Shown here: positions 16,510 to 26,856 of the stretch, one piece after another
Numbering within the stretch: the stretch's first letter is position 1
Layout: each line of letters opens with the position of its first letter
Assembly: GCA_045654025.1 (NCBI GenBank)
Contig: JAZOMO010000031.1
Location: forward strand, 27,173-91,172
DNA: 64,000 bases
From: Candidatus Scatosoma sp.
Lineage (GTDB): Bacteria; Bacillota; Clostridia; Christensenellales; Borkfalkiaceae
Reading direction: 5' to 3'
Notes under the pieces: model-generated
Seen by the model: the letters and a program-made list of their open reading frames with translations, nothing else
Told to the model about the DNA's origin: nothing
Databases searched by the model: none
Made by a program: the position numbers and the translations under genes

Positions 16510-19136
16510 TACGCTTTGATTTCCTCCGTGATATAGCATTCGATAATATCGCCGATGCGGATTTCGTTAAAGCCGTCGATCGCACAACCACATTCAAAGC
16601 CGTAGGAAACTTCCTTAACGTCGTCCTTGAAACGCTTGAGCTGTTTTACGCCGCCTTCGCAGATCATGATGTCTTCGCGGTAAATACGCAACTTGCCGCC
16701 GCGTACAATCTTGCCATCCAAAACGTAGCAACCTGCAATCGTGCCAGCGCCCGTGATATTGAACGTCTGACGAACTTCGCACTTACCCGTAAGGATTTCA
16801 CGAAGCTTGGGCGCGAGCATACCTTTCAGTGCCGCTTCCATATCGTCAAGCAATTCGTAAATAATTCTGTACGAACGCACGTCTACCTTGCTGGTTTCCG
16901 CAAGCTTCTTTGCTTTCGTGTCCGGACGAACGTTGAAACCGATGATGATTGCGTTTGCGCTGTCTGCCAACATAACGTCGCTTTCGTTGATTGCGCCTGC
17001 CGCCGCATGAATAACCTTAACACGCACTTCTTCGTTGGAGATTTTCTCCAAGGACTGACGAACTGCCTCTACACTGCCTTGTACGTCGCCCTTTACAATG
17101 AGGTTGAGGTTCTTCATCTTGCCCTCTTCCACCTGCGCAAATACGTCGTCTAAGGTTACGCGCGTGGACTGACGAATCATGTTTTCGCGTTCCTTGTTCT
17201 TTCTTTCTTCTAATACCTGCTTCATCAAAGCCTGGTCTACGGCGATAATGCTGTCGCCTGCAGAAGGAACTTCCTCAAAGCCAAGCACGGAAACCGCCAT
17301 GGAAGGACCTGCGGATTTGACCGCTCTGCCCTTGTCGTCGAACATCGCGCGGACACGACCCATCGTCGTACCCGACAAAATGTGGTCGCCCGTCTTCAGC
17401 GTACCCGTCTGGACGATGATGCTTGCAACGGGACCCTTGCCCTTATCCAGCTTCGCCTCGATGATGCTACCCTTTGCCTGACGGTCGGGGTTCGCCTTCA
17501 ATTCCTGCATTTCCGCAACGAGGTTGACTGCATCCAAAAGATCGTCAATACCCATACCTGTCTTCGCGGAAACGGGTACGATCATCGTATCCCCACCCCA
17601 GTCTTCGGGAACAAGCTCGTTTTCAAGCAAGCCCTGACGTACTCTGTCGGGGTTGATTTCGTTTTTGTCCATCTTGTTCATCGCAACGATGATAGGCACG
17701 TTTGCCGCCTTCGCGTGGTTGATTGCCTCTACCGTCTGCGGCATGATACCGTCGTCCGCCGCAACGACCAAGATAACGATGTCCGTCACCTGCGCACCAC
17801 GAGCACGCATTGCCGAAAACGCCGCGTGGCCAGGGGTGTCGATGAAGGTGATTTGCTTACCCTTCGCCGTAACGGTGTACGCACCGATGCTCTGGGTAAT
17901 ACCGCCTGCTTCGCCAGAGGTAACCGAAGTAGAACGAATTGCGTCCAAAAGCGAAGTCTTACCGTGGTCAACGTGACCCATAACGGTAACGACGGGCGCG
18001 CGAGTAACGAGCTTGGAGGTATCCTCTTCCGTCGTGTTTTCCTGCAATACGTCCTCTGCCGTCTTTTCAGGCTTGTATTCAAGATCGATTTCCATATCTG
18101 CCGCCATCAGAGCCGCATTTTCGTAATCAATGGAATCGTTGATTCCTTTCATGATGCCCATCTTGAACAGACGCTTGGAAATCTCGACAGCGGTCACGCC
18201 CAACTTTTCGGAGAGAACCTTCAAAGGAATGTCCTCGGTGGTGACGACTGCATGCTCAATCTTAATCGTTTGAATTTCTTGGGTCTTCTGCTTTTTAGGC
18301 GAACGGACCTTTCTGTACCCCGTTCTATCTTCGTCAAAATCCTCTACCGTCATACCCTGCTGACGTTGCAAAGTACGCTTGGAAAGAGGTTTCTTCTCCG
18401 AATAAGTCTTCTCGGTGTACGTCTTTTTCTTCTGCGCAGACTGCTTATTGTCCTTATGCAATCCGCCCTCTACCGCAACGGGCGCGGCAACAGTGCCGCC
18501 CTGAGGACGGTTTGTACGCATACCTGCCCCCTGCGTATTCGGTTTTTCCCCTCTGGGCGCATACGGTCTATCCCCCTGCGGACGAGCAGGTCTGTCCCCT
18601 GCGGGACGAGGACGATAGGTAGGCGCAGAAGTCGCGTTCTCCGCGCCGGGCTTTGCCACGTATTCCCCTTGCACCTGACCGTTACGGAAATAGCGAGGCG
18701 CTCTGGGACCAGCAGGTTTTGCAGATTCTTGAGGCGCATACACCGTTTCCTTTTTCGGCTCTGCTTTTTCCACCTTTTCGGTGGCAGGCTTTTCTTCCAC
18801 CGTTGCAGGCGCATTCGCAACCGTCGGCTGTTCCACAACCGCTTCTGCGGTTTCCTCTACCGCCTTTGCTTTTTTGGCAGACTTTTTCGCTTCCTTTTCA
18901 GCCTTTTCTAAAGCAACGATTTCCGCCTGCTTTGCCGCCTCTGCCGCCGCCGCAGCCGCCGCAGCTGCTTCAGCCGCTTCACGTTCTGCCTTTTGCTGCT
19001 CCATCGCATTCAGCTTTTTCAAAATATCGTTTAAGCTTTTTTCCGTAGCGGAAAGGCGTTTACGCAACCCACCAAGTTGCGCCTCACCCAAAAGCTCTTT
19101 TACTTTTTCTACGTTCTTATAATCGTTCTTTGCCAT
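16509..19136 (-). CDS. infB: Translation initiation factor IF-2
   Basis: 875 aa. G-domain motifs [17 protein letters not shown] and NKMD. Low-complexity Ala/Glu/Lys N-terminus. Confidence 0.95.
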   Translation of the reverse strand: MAKNDYKNVEKVKELLGEAQLGGLRKRLSATEKSLNDILKKLNAMEQQKAEREAAEAAAAAAAAAEAAKQAEIVALEKAEKEAKKSAKKAKAVEETAEAVVEQPTVANAPATVEEKPATEKVEKAEPKKETVYAPQESAKPAGPRAPRYFRNGQVQGEYVAKPGAENATSAPTYRPRPAGDRPARPQGDRPYAPRGEKPNTQGAGMRTNRPQGGTVAAPVAVEGGLHKDNKQSAQKKKTYTEKTYSEKKPLSKRTLQRQQGMTVEDFDEDRTGYRKVRSPKKQKTQEIQTIKIEHAVVTTEDIPLKVLSEKLGVTAVEISKRLFKMGIMKGINDSIDYENAALMAADMEIDLEYKPEKTAEDVLQENTTEEDTSKLVTRAPVVTVMGHVDHGKTSLLDAIRSTSVTSGEAGGITQSIGAYTVTAKGKQITFIDTPGHAAFSAMRARGAQVTDIVILVVAADDGIMPQTVEAINHAKAANVPIIVAMNKMDKNEINPDRVRQGLLENELVPEDWGGDTMIVPVSAKTGMGIDDLLDAVNLVAEMQELKANPDRQAKGSIIEAKLDKGKGPVASIIVQTGTLKTGDHILSGTTMGRVRAMFDDKGRAVKSAGPSMAVSVLGFEEVPSAGDSIIAVDQALMKQVLEERKNKERENMIRQSTRVTLDDVFAQVEEGKMKNLNLIVKGDVQGSVEAVRQSLEKISNEEVRVKVIHAAAGAINESDVMLADSANAIIIGFNVRPDTKAKKLAETSKVDVRSYRIIYELLDDMEAALKGMLAPKLREILTGKCEVRQTFNITGAGTIAGCYVLDGKIVRGGKLRIYREDIMICEGGVKQLKRFKDDVKEVSYGFECGCAIDGFNEIRIGDIIECYITEEIKA

Positions 19137-19164
19137 AGATTTCAGTCGTTTCCTCCATATATTT

Positions 19165-19497
19165 TCAGCTCAAGCTACCGAGTTCGATTCTCGTTAGGCT
19201 AGGCTCTTCCTCCAAGACGGAAAGAATTGCCTTGGCAAGATTCTGTTCTTTAATCGCCACCGCTTTGACCGCAGGCTTATGCAAAAGCTCCGCCAAAGCC
19301 CCGTCCGACGCCACGACCAACGGACAGCCCAAGCGCTGTTGCGCCTTCATCAGCGTCCGCGTAGAGCTTTCACCCAGCGCCCCGTCGTAGACGATTAAAA
19401 AGACGGATTTTTTCTGTTTTTCGATGTCGTCAACACCGTAGACGATCTTTCCACTGCGTACGCAAAACCCAAAATAGGAACTAAGCTTGTTATTCAT
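19165..19497 (-). CDS. ylxQ: L7Ae-family RNA-binding protein YlxQ
   Basis: 110 aa with an L7Ae-like fold pattern. ATGA overlap with ylxR. Conserved nusA-ylxR-ylxQ-infB order. Confidence 0.75.
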   Translation of the reverse strand: MNNKLSSYFGFCVRSGKIVYGVDDIEKQKKSVFLIVYDGALGESSTRTLMKAQQRLGCPLVVASDGALAELLHKPAVKAVAIKEQNLAKAILSVLEEEPSLTRIELGSLS

Positions 19498-19754
19498 TCG
19501 TTCCCCTCCTCGATTTTTACGTACACCTCTTGAGGAACGGCGGCGGCAAACGCCTTATGCAAAAGCTTTTTGCTATTCAGTTTTGCACGGCATTCTTCAG
19601 CGGCGCAAATATACGCGCCACGCCCCGGAGCTTTCCCCGTATAGTCCGGATAAATTTCCCCGTCTGCGTTTCTCACCACACGAAGCATCTCCTTTTTAGG
19701 CTGCATCTGTCGGCAAGCAATACACATCCGAAGGGGGATTTTTCCTTTCGCCAT
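19494..19754 (-). CDS. ylxR: YlxR/RnpM (DUF448) RNA-binding protein
   Basis: 86 aa with the PLRMCIACRQ signature. Immediately follows nusA. Confidence 0.8.
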   Translation of the reverse strand: MAKGKIPLRMCIACRQMQPKKEMLRVVRNADGEIYPDYTGKAPGRGAYICAAEECRAKLNSKKLLHKAFAAAVPQEVYVKIEEGNE

Positions 19755-19755
19755 A

Positions 19756-20847
19756 TTATTCTTCGTCTACCTGTTCTTCCTCTTCTGCCTCAGCAAGCAA
19801 TGCCTGCGCTTCGGGGGAGGACGCCGCTTTTACGTCAATCTTCCAACCCGTCAATCTTGCCGCAAGTCTTGCGTTTTGACCGTCACGACCGATTGCCAAG
19901 GACAGCTTATCGTCGGGAACAACTGCCATCGCGCTCTTTTCGCCACGCAAGGTAACCGAATTAACCGTTGCAGGGGACAATGCCTTGAAGATGAACGCCA
20001 AGGGGTTTTCATCCCAAAGAATGATGTCAATCTTTTCGCCGCCAAGTTCTTCTACAACGGCGTTTACACGCGAACCTCTGTTACCTACGCACGCGCCGAC
20101 AGCGTCCACTCTTACGTCCGAAGAAGCGATTGCAATCTTCGTTCTGTGACCTGCCTCACGAGCAACTTCCTTCACTTCGACGATGCCCTGCGCAATTTCA
20201 GGTACCTGTTCTTCAAACAGTTTCTTTACCAAGCCGGGCGCCGTTCTGGAAACGACGATTTGCGAATTTTTGCCGCTGTTCTTAACACGCTTTACGAACA
20301 CCTTGATGGTATCGCCCACAGCGTAGCGTTCGGTGGGAACACGGTCCTGCGGAGGCATAACGCCTTCGATTTTCTTATCGCCAAGCTCTACGTATACGTT
20401 GCGGTCGTCAATCTTACGAATGATACCGGTCATCAGCTCGCCTTCCTTATCCGAGAATGCAGAGTAGGTGCTGTCGCGTTCTGCCTCGTGGATTTTCTGC
20501 AAAATGACTTGACGAGCCGTCTGCGCCGCAATTCTGCCGAAATTATCGGGCTGGAAGGTACGGACGATGGTATCGCCAACCTTATGCGTAGGGTCAAGCG
20601 CCTGTGCGTCTTCCAAAGAAATTTCCTTATCCCTGTCCTCTACCACTTCTACGACGTGTTTTACCGCCTTGAAGGAAATCGTACCGAGGTCGCGATTCAT
20701 TTCCACGATGACCTCAACGCCGCCGTCGTACTGCTTTTTGTAAGCAGACGCCAAAGCGTTCTTTAACGTTTCCATAAATACCTCTTCGCTGATTCCCTTT
20801 TCTCTAACGAGATCGGTAAGAGCCGCAAAAAATTCCTTGTTATCCAT
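19756..20847 (-). CDS. nusA: Transcription termination/antitermination factor NusA
   Basis: 363 aa with NTD, S1 and two KH domains (FGRIAAQTARQVILQKI). Confidence 0.95.
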   Translation of the reverse strand: MDNKEFFAALTDLVREKGISEEVFMETLKNALASAYKKQYDGGVEVIVEMNRDLGTISFKAVKHVVEVVEDRDKEISLEDAQALDPTHKVGDTIVRTFQPDNFGRIAAQTARQVILQKIHEAERDSTYSAFSDKEGELMTGIIRKIDDRNVYVELGDKKIEGVMPPQDRVPTERYAVGDTIKVFVKRVKNSGKNSQIVVSRTAPGLVKKLFEEQVPEIAQGIVEVKEVAREAGHRTKIAIASSDVRVDAVGACVGNRGSRVNAVVEELGGEKIDIILWDENPLAFIFKALSPATVNSVTLRGEKSAMAVVPDDKLSLAIGRDGQNARLAARLTGWKIDVKAASSPEAQALLAEAEEEEQVDEE

Positions 20848-20884
20848 AATTTTATCTCCTATTGAATTTCCTCAATTATTTTTC

Positions 20885-21349
20885 TTAAAAATCAAATTCT
20901 ATCGCACGGTTAATTTTTGCGATTTTATTCTTTTCCAGTTTAATGACGTTGCCGTTTTCTTCAATCGAAACGCAATGTTCGTCAAAGCCCACCAAGGTCG
21001 CCTCAAAGAACTTCTTTCCCTGCATGGGAGCAAACAGCTTTACCTCCACCTTTTTGCCCATGACTTTTTGGAAATCGCGTTCCGTTTTCAGCGGTCTATC
21101 GAGGCCGGGGCTGGACACGTTCAGCGTGTACGGCGCGCCCTGCGTCGGGTCTAACTCATCCAAGACGGGATCGATGGCACGGTGAAACGCCTCGCAAGTA
21201 TTCAAATCCACCCCACCCTCGATATCAATGTAGACGGTGAGCGCAGGCTCTCTGCCCTGCTTGAACTCAACTTCCACGATTTCAATCTGCATTTCGTCTG
21301 CAATCGGCTGTAAAACCTCTTGAATTTCCTGTACGCTTTTTACCTTCAT
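20885..21349 (-). CDS. rimP: Ribosome maturation factor RimP
   Basis: 154 aa in the conserved position upstream of nusA. Confidence 0.9.
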   Translation of the reverse strand: MKVKSVQEIQEVLQPIADEMQIEIVEVEFKQGREPALTVYIDIEGGVDLNTCEAFHRAIDPVLDELDPTQGAPYTLNVSSPGLDRPLKTERDFQKVMGKKVEVKLFAPMQGKKFFEATLVGFDEHCVSIEENGNVIKLEKNKIAKINRAIEFDF

Positions 21350-21370
21350 ACTACCCCTTTATAAGATTAT

Positions 21371-21394
21371 GAGAGTGGCGAACCCGCCACTCTC
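21371..21394 (-). promoter_or_regulatory. 10-bp leader hairpin between the rimP promoter and the rimP start
   Basis: GAGAGTGGCG-AACC-CGCCACTCTC is a perfect stem with no U-tract on either strand. Confidence 0.3.
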
Positions 21395-21422
21395 AATAAC
21401 AAAAGTATTATTAAGTATTTTT

Positions 21423-21451
21423 ATTATACCACCATTTTGGAGATTACGCAA
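21423..21451 (-). promoter_or_regulatory. Putative sigma-A promoter of the rimP-nusA-infB operon
   Basis: On the minus strand: TTGCGT (21446-21451), 17-nt spacer, TATAAT (21423-21428) with an upstream TGg. Confidence 0.5.
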
Positions 21452-21480
21452 GCGTTTTGCCCTAATTTCTAAAAGAAATT

Positions 21481-23055
21481 TTAAAGGGGCAGGCTACCAC
21501 GCTTTTTAATCAGCTCGACAAAAATCTTTGCCGTCGTCGCCGCGTCCTCAAAGGCGCGGTGGTGGTTGAAGTCAAAACCGTAATATTCCGCAATCGTGTT
21601 CAGCTTGTAGTTGGCAAGCCCCACACTAGCCAGCTGTTCCTGCGCTAAGGTCACCGTATCCAAGGAAGGGTTGGAGAACATATATCCATTTTCCTTGCCG
21701 TAATGGCGGATAAAACCGTAGTCAAAGTTGACGTTATGTCCGACTAAAATCGCCCCGTCGACGAACTTAAAGAAGTCCGCCATCACCTTATCGACCGTCG
21801 GCGCACCCACCAAATCCTCGTCGTGAATCCCCGTCAGTTCGATAATCTTAGGACTCAGCCGTTCGTTGCAAGCAACGAAGGTGGCAAACTTTTCACGGAT
21901 TTCGCCGTCGATGAGCTTGACTGCCCCGACCTCGATAATCTTATCCATTTTACCCATGGACGGCTGCCAAACGAGCCCCGTCGTTTCAAGGTCGAATACG
22001 ACGATTTCTCTGCCCTTGAGAGCCGCAGGCTTTTCCTCTACATCGAAAAAACCCGCCTGCTTGTATTCGACGTATTGTTCGGGGAATACGGTGTGATAAA
22101 ATTTCGGTACGGGTCTTGAAGCCTTTACCTTCGGCGTAAAGCCTTCGGGTGCGTGCCCAAGATTGATTTTTCCTGCCTTGAAGGAGGGATGCCCGTTAAA
22201 TTCCTCGTTCATACCTAATATAACGATACTGTCCCCCACCTGCAACTCCTTGATTTTATCCTCGGTCGCTTTCTTGGGGAAGTACGTACAACGGAGCATG
22301 CCCGACCCGTCGGAAATCGTCACCGAATACCGAGTTTTTTCCAGCTCTTCTCCCGTCTTTTCGTTGCGTTTTACGTACCGTTTTTCTTCCAAATAAGTGA
22401 TTGCACCGCAGACGGCAAATTCCTTTTCCATCTCCCCAATGTCTGCGATATACACCGCATCCGTGGGGATAGTGTCCGCACCGTCAATCCGCTTATATCC
22501 CTCGATAGGAAAGGTGCGAATTTCCGAAACGAAAACCTCTTCCTTTTCCTCGACAGGCTCGTCTAAAGTGGAAGTATCCCTCTGCTTTTCGACCACGCGT
22601 ACGTCACCGTAGAACGTACCGCAATATTGAGAGGAAAGGTGTGCGCTGACCGCATCCATCAGCCTTCCAGAAGTGAAAAACGAACGCTCGTCCGCCGCCA
22701 CCGAGAAATAGAAATTGGCACCGCTTTCTAATAATTGCACCGAAATATCCTCTGCCTTTAGAAACGCTGCCGCGGCAGGGAAACTGCCACAGACGAACGC
22801 AAAGATACGTTCACGCAATAAATCCTCGTCTAGAACACGCTTTGCAATCTTAACCCTCGCCGTAAACTCCGCAGGCAAAAACTCGCCTGAGATTTTGCAC
22901 GCTTCCGTCTCCTCCACCTCGGTAAAGGAACGGTCGGTAATCAATAAAAATTCCGCCACCCTTTCCCTTTTATAGAGGTGTATACCCGTTAAGACAGCAT
23001 TTCGAAGTCCGTCTAATGCGCGCAAAGCGCGCAGATATTCATGCGTTCTGTCCAT
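21481..23055 (-). CDS. PolC-like N-terminal/OB-fold plus DnaQ-type 3'-5' exonuclease protein lacking PHP and polymerase domains
   Basis: 524-aa intact ORF. Exo motifs VVFDLETTG, HNVNFDYGF and HHRAFEDA read colinearly with the PolC exonuclease domain. An OB-like segment (RYSVTISDGSGMLRCTYFPKK..VGDSIVILG) lies upstream. Occupies the polC slot between ispG and rimP. Confidence 0.65.
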   Translation of the reverse strand: MDRTHEYLRALRALDGLRNAVLTGIHLYKRERVAEFLLITDRSFTEVEETEACKISGEFLPAEFTARVKIAKRVLDEDLLRERIFAFVCGSFPAAAAFLKAEDISVQLLESGANFYFSVAADERSFFTSGRLMDAVSAHLSSQYCGTFYGDVRVVEKQRDTSTLDEPVEEKEEVFVSEIRTFPIEGYKRIDGADTIPTDAVYIADIGEMEKEFAVCGAITYLEEKRYVKRNEKTGEELEKTRYSVTISDGSGMLRCTYFPKKATEDKIKELQVGDSIVILGMNEEFNGHPSFKAGKINLGHAPEGFTPKVKASRPVPKFYHTVFPEQYVEYKQAGFFDVEEKPAALKGREIVVFDLETTGLVWQPSMGKMDKIIEVGAVKLIDGEIREKFATFVACNERLSPKIIELTGIHDEDLVGAPTVDKVMADFFKFVDGAILVGHNVNFDYGFIRHYGKENGYMFSNPSLDTVTLAQEQLASVGLANYKLNTIAEYYGFDFNHHRAFEDAATTAKIFVELIKKRGSLPL

Positions 23056-24109
23056 CGCCTAACAATTCCTTTAATTCCCGCAAGAAGGTTTCTCTTGCCT
23101 GCGCCGCCTCTACCTTCAAATAGGGCTCGCCCTTTTTAAACAGCAGGCAATAGCCGTTGCCACCCGCAATCCCAAGGTCAGCGTCCTTTGCTTCGCCAGG
23201 GCCGTTGACTACGCAACCCATCACCGCCACCTTTGCTTTCTTCTTATAGGGCAGGACGAAATCGGACACCTCACGCGCTAAGTCCATACTATCCCAACCG
23301 CATCTGCCGCAGGTAGGACAGGAAACCACCTCTACGTAGTCCTCTTCCAAGGCGCAAGCCTGCAAAATGCGCTTTGCCGCATACACTTCCTGCACGGGGT
23401 CATCCGTCAGGGAAACGCGCAACGTATCCCCCACCCCTTGTAAAAGGAGCGAGCCGATGCCAACCGCGCTCTTGACGATACCGCTGGCGGTCGTGCCTGC
23501 CTCCGTTACCCCCACGTGCAGGGGGTAAGAAGTACGATTTGCCAGTAGCAGGTACGAATTGACGGTCATCGGAACGTCCGAAGCCTTGACCGAAATCGCA
23601 ATATCCTGCACCCCAAATTTTTCCAAAGCCGCCACGTTAAAGAGGGCGCTTTCGACCAGTGCCTCAGGCGTTCTGCCGTATTTTTCTAAAAAGTGTGGCT
23701 CTATACTGCCCGTATTTGCGCCCACACGCACGGGGACACCGTGCGCCTTCACGCAGTCAGCAACGTATCGAATTTTCTCCTCGCCGCCGATGTTGCCGGG
23801 ATTGATACGCACCTTATGCGCGCCGTTTTCAATCGCCGCCACCGCCAGCTTATAGGAGAAGTGAATATCCGCAACAAGGGGCAAGCCGCACTCTGCTGCG
23901 ACCTTCTTTACTGCCGCCGCATCCGCTTCGTCCGCCACCGCCACGCGCACGATTTCGCAACCTGCGTTTTTCAGCGCCGAAATCTGCGCCAAGGTCTTTT
24001 CAACGTCTGCCGTCTTCGTGGTCGTCATTGACTGAATCCGCACGGGCGCGCCGCCGCCTAAGCTAACGCCGCCAACGCTGATACGTCTTGTATTTTCTCT
24101 GGTGGTCAT
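23039..24109 (-). CDS. ispG: 4-hydroxy-3-methylbut-2-en-1-yl diphosphate synthase
   Basis: 356 aa, IspG-like throughout, including MGCVVNGPGEA. Confidence 0.95.
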   Translation of the reverse strand: MTTRENTRRISVGGVSLGGGAPVRIQSMTTTKTADVEKTLAQISALKNAGCEIVRVAVADEADAAAVKKVAAECGLPLVADIHFSYKLAVAAIENGAHKVRINPGNIGGEEKIRYVADCVKAHGVPVRVGANTGSIEPHFLEKYGRTPEALVESALFNVAALEKFGVQDIAISVKASDVPMTVNSYLLLANRTSYPLHVGVTEAGTTASGIVKSAVGIGSLLLQGVGDTLRVSLTDDPVQEVYAAKRILQACALEEDYVEVVSCPTCGRCGWDSMDLAREVSDFVLPYKKKAKVAVMGCVVNGPGEAKDADLGIAGGNGYCLLFKKGEPYLKVEAAQARETFLRELKELLGDGQNA

Positions 24110-24594
24110 ACCTTATCCCCCTCGTCCTTTTTTGAATCCCTTGCATCACGCATCATCTTTTTAAGCTCAGACATGAACGAGGAAATATCCTTAAACGAAC
24201 GGTATACGGAAGCATAGCGAACGTAGGCAACCTCGTCCGTTTCCTTTAACGCATCCATGACCATATTCCCGATTTCCTTAGAAGAGATTTCACTCTCCAT
24301 ACTGTTATACACTCTGCGGGAAATATCCGCCACAATCGCTTCGATTGCATCTGCGGAAACCGCCCGTTTTTCACACGCCTTGACAATGCCACGGCGCACC
24401 TTTTCTGCATTATAAGACTCCCTTGTGCCGTCACTCTTAACCACAAGCACAGGGGTCACCTCTATCGTTTCATAGGTTGTAAACCGTCTACCGCAAAGGG
24501 TACATTCTCTGCGACGGCGAATACTCTTTCTATCGTCCGAGGAACGGGAGTCGATTACCTTACTCTCTGTACAATCACAATATAAGCACTTCAT
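24106..24594 (-). CDS. nrdR: Transcriptional repressor NrdR
   Basis: 162 aa. N-terminal zinc ribbon MKCLYCDC..SKVIDSR plus an ATP-cone. ATGA overlap with ispG. Confidence 0.95.
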   Translation of the reverse strand: MKCLYCDCTESKVIDSRSSDDRKSIRRRRECTLCGRRFTTYETIEVTPVLVVKSDGTRESYNAEKVRRGIVKACEKRAVSADAIEAIVADISRRVYNSMESEISSKEIGNMVMDALKETDEVAYVRYASVYRSFKDISSFMSELKKMMRDARDSKKDEGDKV

Positions 24595-24626
24595 TTGTTC
24601 TTCCTCCTACCATCGTACACAGTGGT

Positions 24627-25952
24627 TTACTGTTTTTTGCCCTTTCGATTACGGATTTCCATAACCTCTTTTTCGTAGCCTCTTCCCGAGGGTACGTAGT
24701 ATATTTTATCCTTCAAAGAATCGGGCAAATACTGCTGTTCAACGTAGCCGCCAAAATCGTGGGGATATTTATATCCCGACCTTGCCTCCTTATCCTCTGC
24801 ACTGCCGTAGCTGACGTCCTTCAAATGGGCAGGCACACGGTCGTCGTTGTCCGAAACGGCATCCGCCTTTGCCGCGTACATCGCCTCAACGACAGAGTTG
24901 CTCTTCTCCGCCTCGCAGACGTAGATAATCGCCTCGGAGAGGGGAATCATCGCCTCGGGAATTCCGATTTTCTCCAAAGCGTACATCGCAGAAGTTGCAA
25001 TCTGCAAAGCCCTCGGATCTGCCATGCCCACGTCCTCGGCGGAATGCACCACCAAACGACGGGCAACCAACATCGGGTCGCACCCACCTTCAATGAGGCG
25101 TTGCGCGTAGTACAGCGCGGCGTTGGCATCACTGCCTCTCAGCGACTTACAAAACGCCGACAGGAAGTCGTAATAGCTATCCTCGTTGTACGAGAGCGCC
25201 TTTCTCTGAATGGACTGTTCCGCATCGGACAGCGTGATATGTATCACGCCCTGCTCGTTAGGGTTGGTCGTCAGCGCGGCAAGCTCCAAAGCGTTGTACG
25301 CCGTACGCAAGTCCCCACCTGCTACACGGGCGATATGTTGGATTGCGTTATCGTCCACTTGAAGCGGCAGTTTGCCAAGCCCCTTATGACGGCTGGCAAT
25401 CGCCTTTTGCAAAGCCTCGGCAATATCGTCCTTGTTCAAGCGTTTGAACTCAAACACTCTGCAACGAGAAACGATTGCAGGGGTCATCGAAGCATACGGG
25501 TTTTCCGTCGTCGAGCCGATGAAGATAATCGTTCCCTGTTCAATGGCAGGAAGCAACGAATCGCTCTGCGTCTTATTAAAGCGGTGACACTCGTCCAACA
25601 TGAGGTAAGTACGTTTTCCGTACATGCGCAGGTTATCACGCGCCTCTTCCACCGCTTTTTTAACGTCTGCAACGCCAGCGTTGACGGCATTCAGCTTGAT
25701 AAACTCCCCGTTCGTCCGAAGTGCGATGATGTTGGCAAGGGTGGTCTTACCGCAACCGGGAGGGCCCCAAAAAATACAACTACCCAGACGGTCGGTCGCA
25801 ATCGCGCGACGCAACAGCGAGCCTTCCGCAACGATATGCTTTTGCCCGATAAACTCGTCCAAGGAGTTGGCACGCATACGCTCGGCAAGCGGTTTCGCCT
25901 CTTCTTCGTGATTATGGTTGTTAAAATCAAATAAATCCATACCTACACCCAT
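24627..25952 (-). CDS. rarA: Replication-associated recombination protein A (AAA+ ATPase)
   Basis: 441 aa. Walker A GPPGCGKTT and a MgsA C-terminal domain. An alternative ATG at 25940 is possible. Confidence 0.9.
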   Translation of the reverse strand: MGVGMDLFDFNNHNHEEEAKPLAERMRANSLDEFIGQKHIVAEGSLLRRAIATDRLGSCIFWGPPGCGKTTLANIIALRTNGEFIKLNAVNAGVADVKKAVEEARDNLRMYGKRTYLMLDECHRFNKTQSDSLLPAIEQGTIIFIGSTTENPYASMTPAIVSRCRVFEFKRLNKDDIAEALQKAIASRHKGLGKLPLQVDDNAIQHIARVAGGDLRTAYNALELAALTTNPNEQGVIHITLSDAEQSIQRKALSYNEDSYYDFLSAFCKSLRGSDANAALYYAQRLIEGGCDPMLVARRLVVHSAEDVGMADPRALQIATSAMYALEKIGIPEAMIPLSEAIIYVCEAEKSNSVVEAMYAAKADAVSDNDDRVPAHLKDVSYGSAEDKEARSGYKYPHDFGGYVEQQYLPDSLKDKIYYVPSGRGYEKEVMEIRNRKGKKQ

Positions 25953-25969
25953 TCTTTTGCTGTTTTTGC

Positions 25970-26752
25970 TTAATCCATTTCCAGCAAACGCCTTATCTTA
26001 TCTACGTATTTTTTGCCCATTTCATAGCCCTGGCGATACGCAAAATCCAGATTACGGAAGGAATATTGACTCATATCCCCCAAGTCTGGCTCTAACCAAA
26101 GATCGTATTTTTTACGCATACGCGCCTTATACGCCTGTGTACGCGCGTTATCCATAATATCTATGACTTCCGTCAAGACGGTCAGCGCGCTGGGACAACG
26201 GTCCTTACACCGCCTTTTACCTAAAACGTCCACGGCAACCACGACTTCCGCACCCATTCTTTTTACTTCCTCAATGGGTACACGCTTTAAAACACCACCG
26301 TCCACCAAACGCATTCCATCCCTATCAAGCGGCTTGAAAACCGACGGAATACAAGAGGAGGCTACCACGGCATCGATGACGTTGCCGCTAGAAAATTCCA
26401 CGATTTCCTGACGAATCATATCCACCGACACGCAGGAAAAGGGGATTTTTAACTCGGAAAAATCCCACTCCCCGATATGTCGGGCAAGCAACCTTCGCAT
26501 CTTGCGGGTATCCAGCACACCGCCCGGCTTATTCGTGATGTCCACTAAGTCGAAAAATCGCAAAGAACAGGTCGTCTGGCGCATATATTCGGGGGAAATT
26601 CCCGCCGCGTACGCCGCGCCGACCACCGAGCCCATCGAACAGCCGCTGATAAAGCTTGGATAAATTTCCGCATCTTCGAGCGCCTGTAAAAAACCGATAT
26701 GCGCAATTCCACGGCTACCGCCGCTACCCAGCGCCAACCCCAAATCTTTCAT
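25970..26752 (-). CDS. Patatin-like phospholipase
   Basis: 260 aa. Motifs GSGGSRG (oxyanion), GCSMGS (GxSxG) and DGG. Confidence 0.85.
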   Translation of the reverse strand: MKDLGLALGSGGSRGIAHIGFLQALEDAEIYPSFISGCSMGSVVGAAYAAGISPEYMRQTTCSLRFFDLVDITNKPGGVLDTRKMRRLLARHIGEWDFSELKIPFSCVSVDMIRQEIVEFSSGNVIDAVVASSCIPSVFKPLDRDGMRLVDGGVLKRVPIEEVKRMGAEVVVAVDVLGKRRCKDRCPSALTVLTEVIDIMDNARTQAYKARMRKKYDLWLEPDLGDMSQYSFRNLDFAYRQGYEMGKKYVDKIRRLLEMD

Positions 26753-26856
26753 TTCCTTTCCCTCCTCACTTAGCCTAACGGCAACTATGTATACGGAAAA
26801 GGAATCCTTTTGAAAAGTGAGTTTTGAGGAAAGTAAGCTTTGCTTACTTTTGCGCC

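Noticed and set aside
18933-18976. GCC/GCA/GCT-rich tract that looks like a tandem repeat.
   Set aside because: It encodes the poly-Ala/Glu stretch in the low-complexity N-terminus of IF-2. This is an in-frame coding feature, not an independent repeat element.
25970-26752. Patatin-like phospholipase as a possible CBASS-type effector.
   Set aside because: No cyclase, E1/E2/JAB or other signalling gene is adjacent. It sits between rarA and pheA, so it looks like a housekeeping RssA-type lipase.
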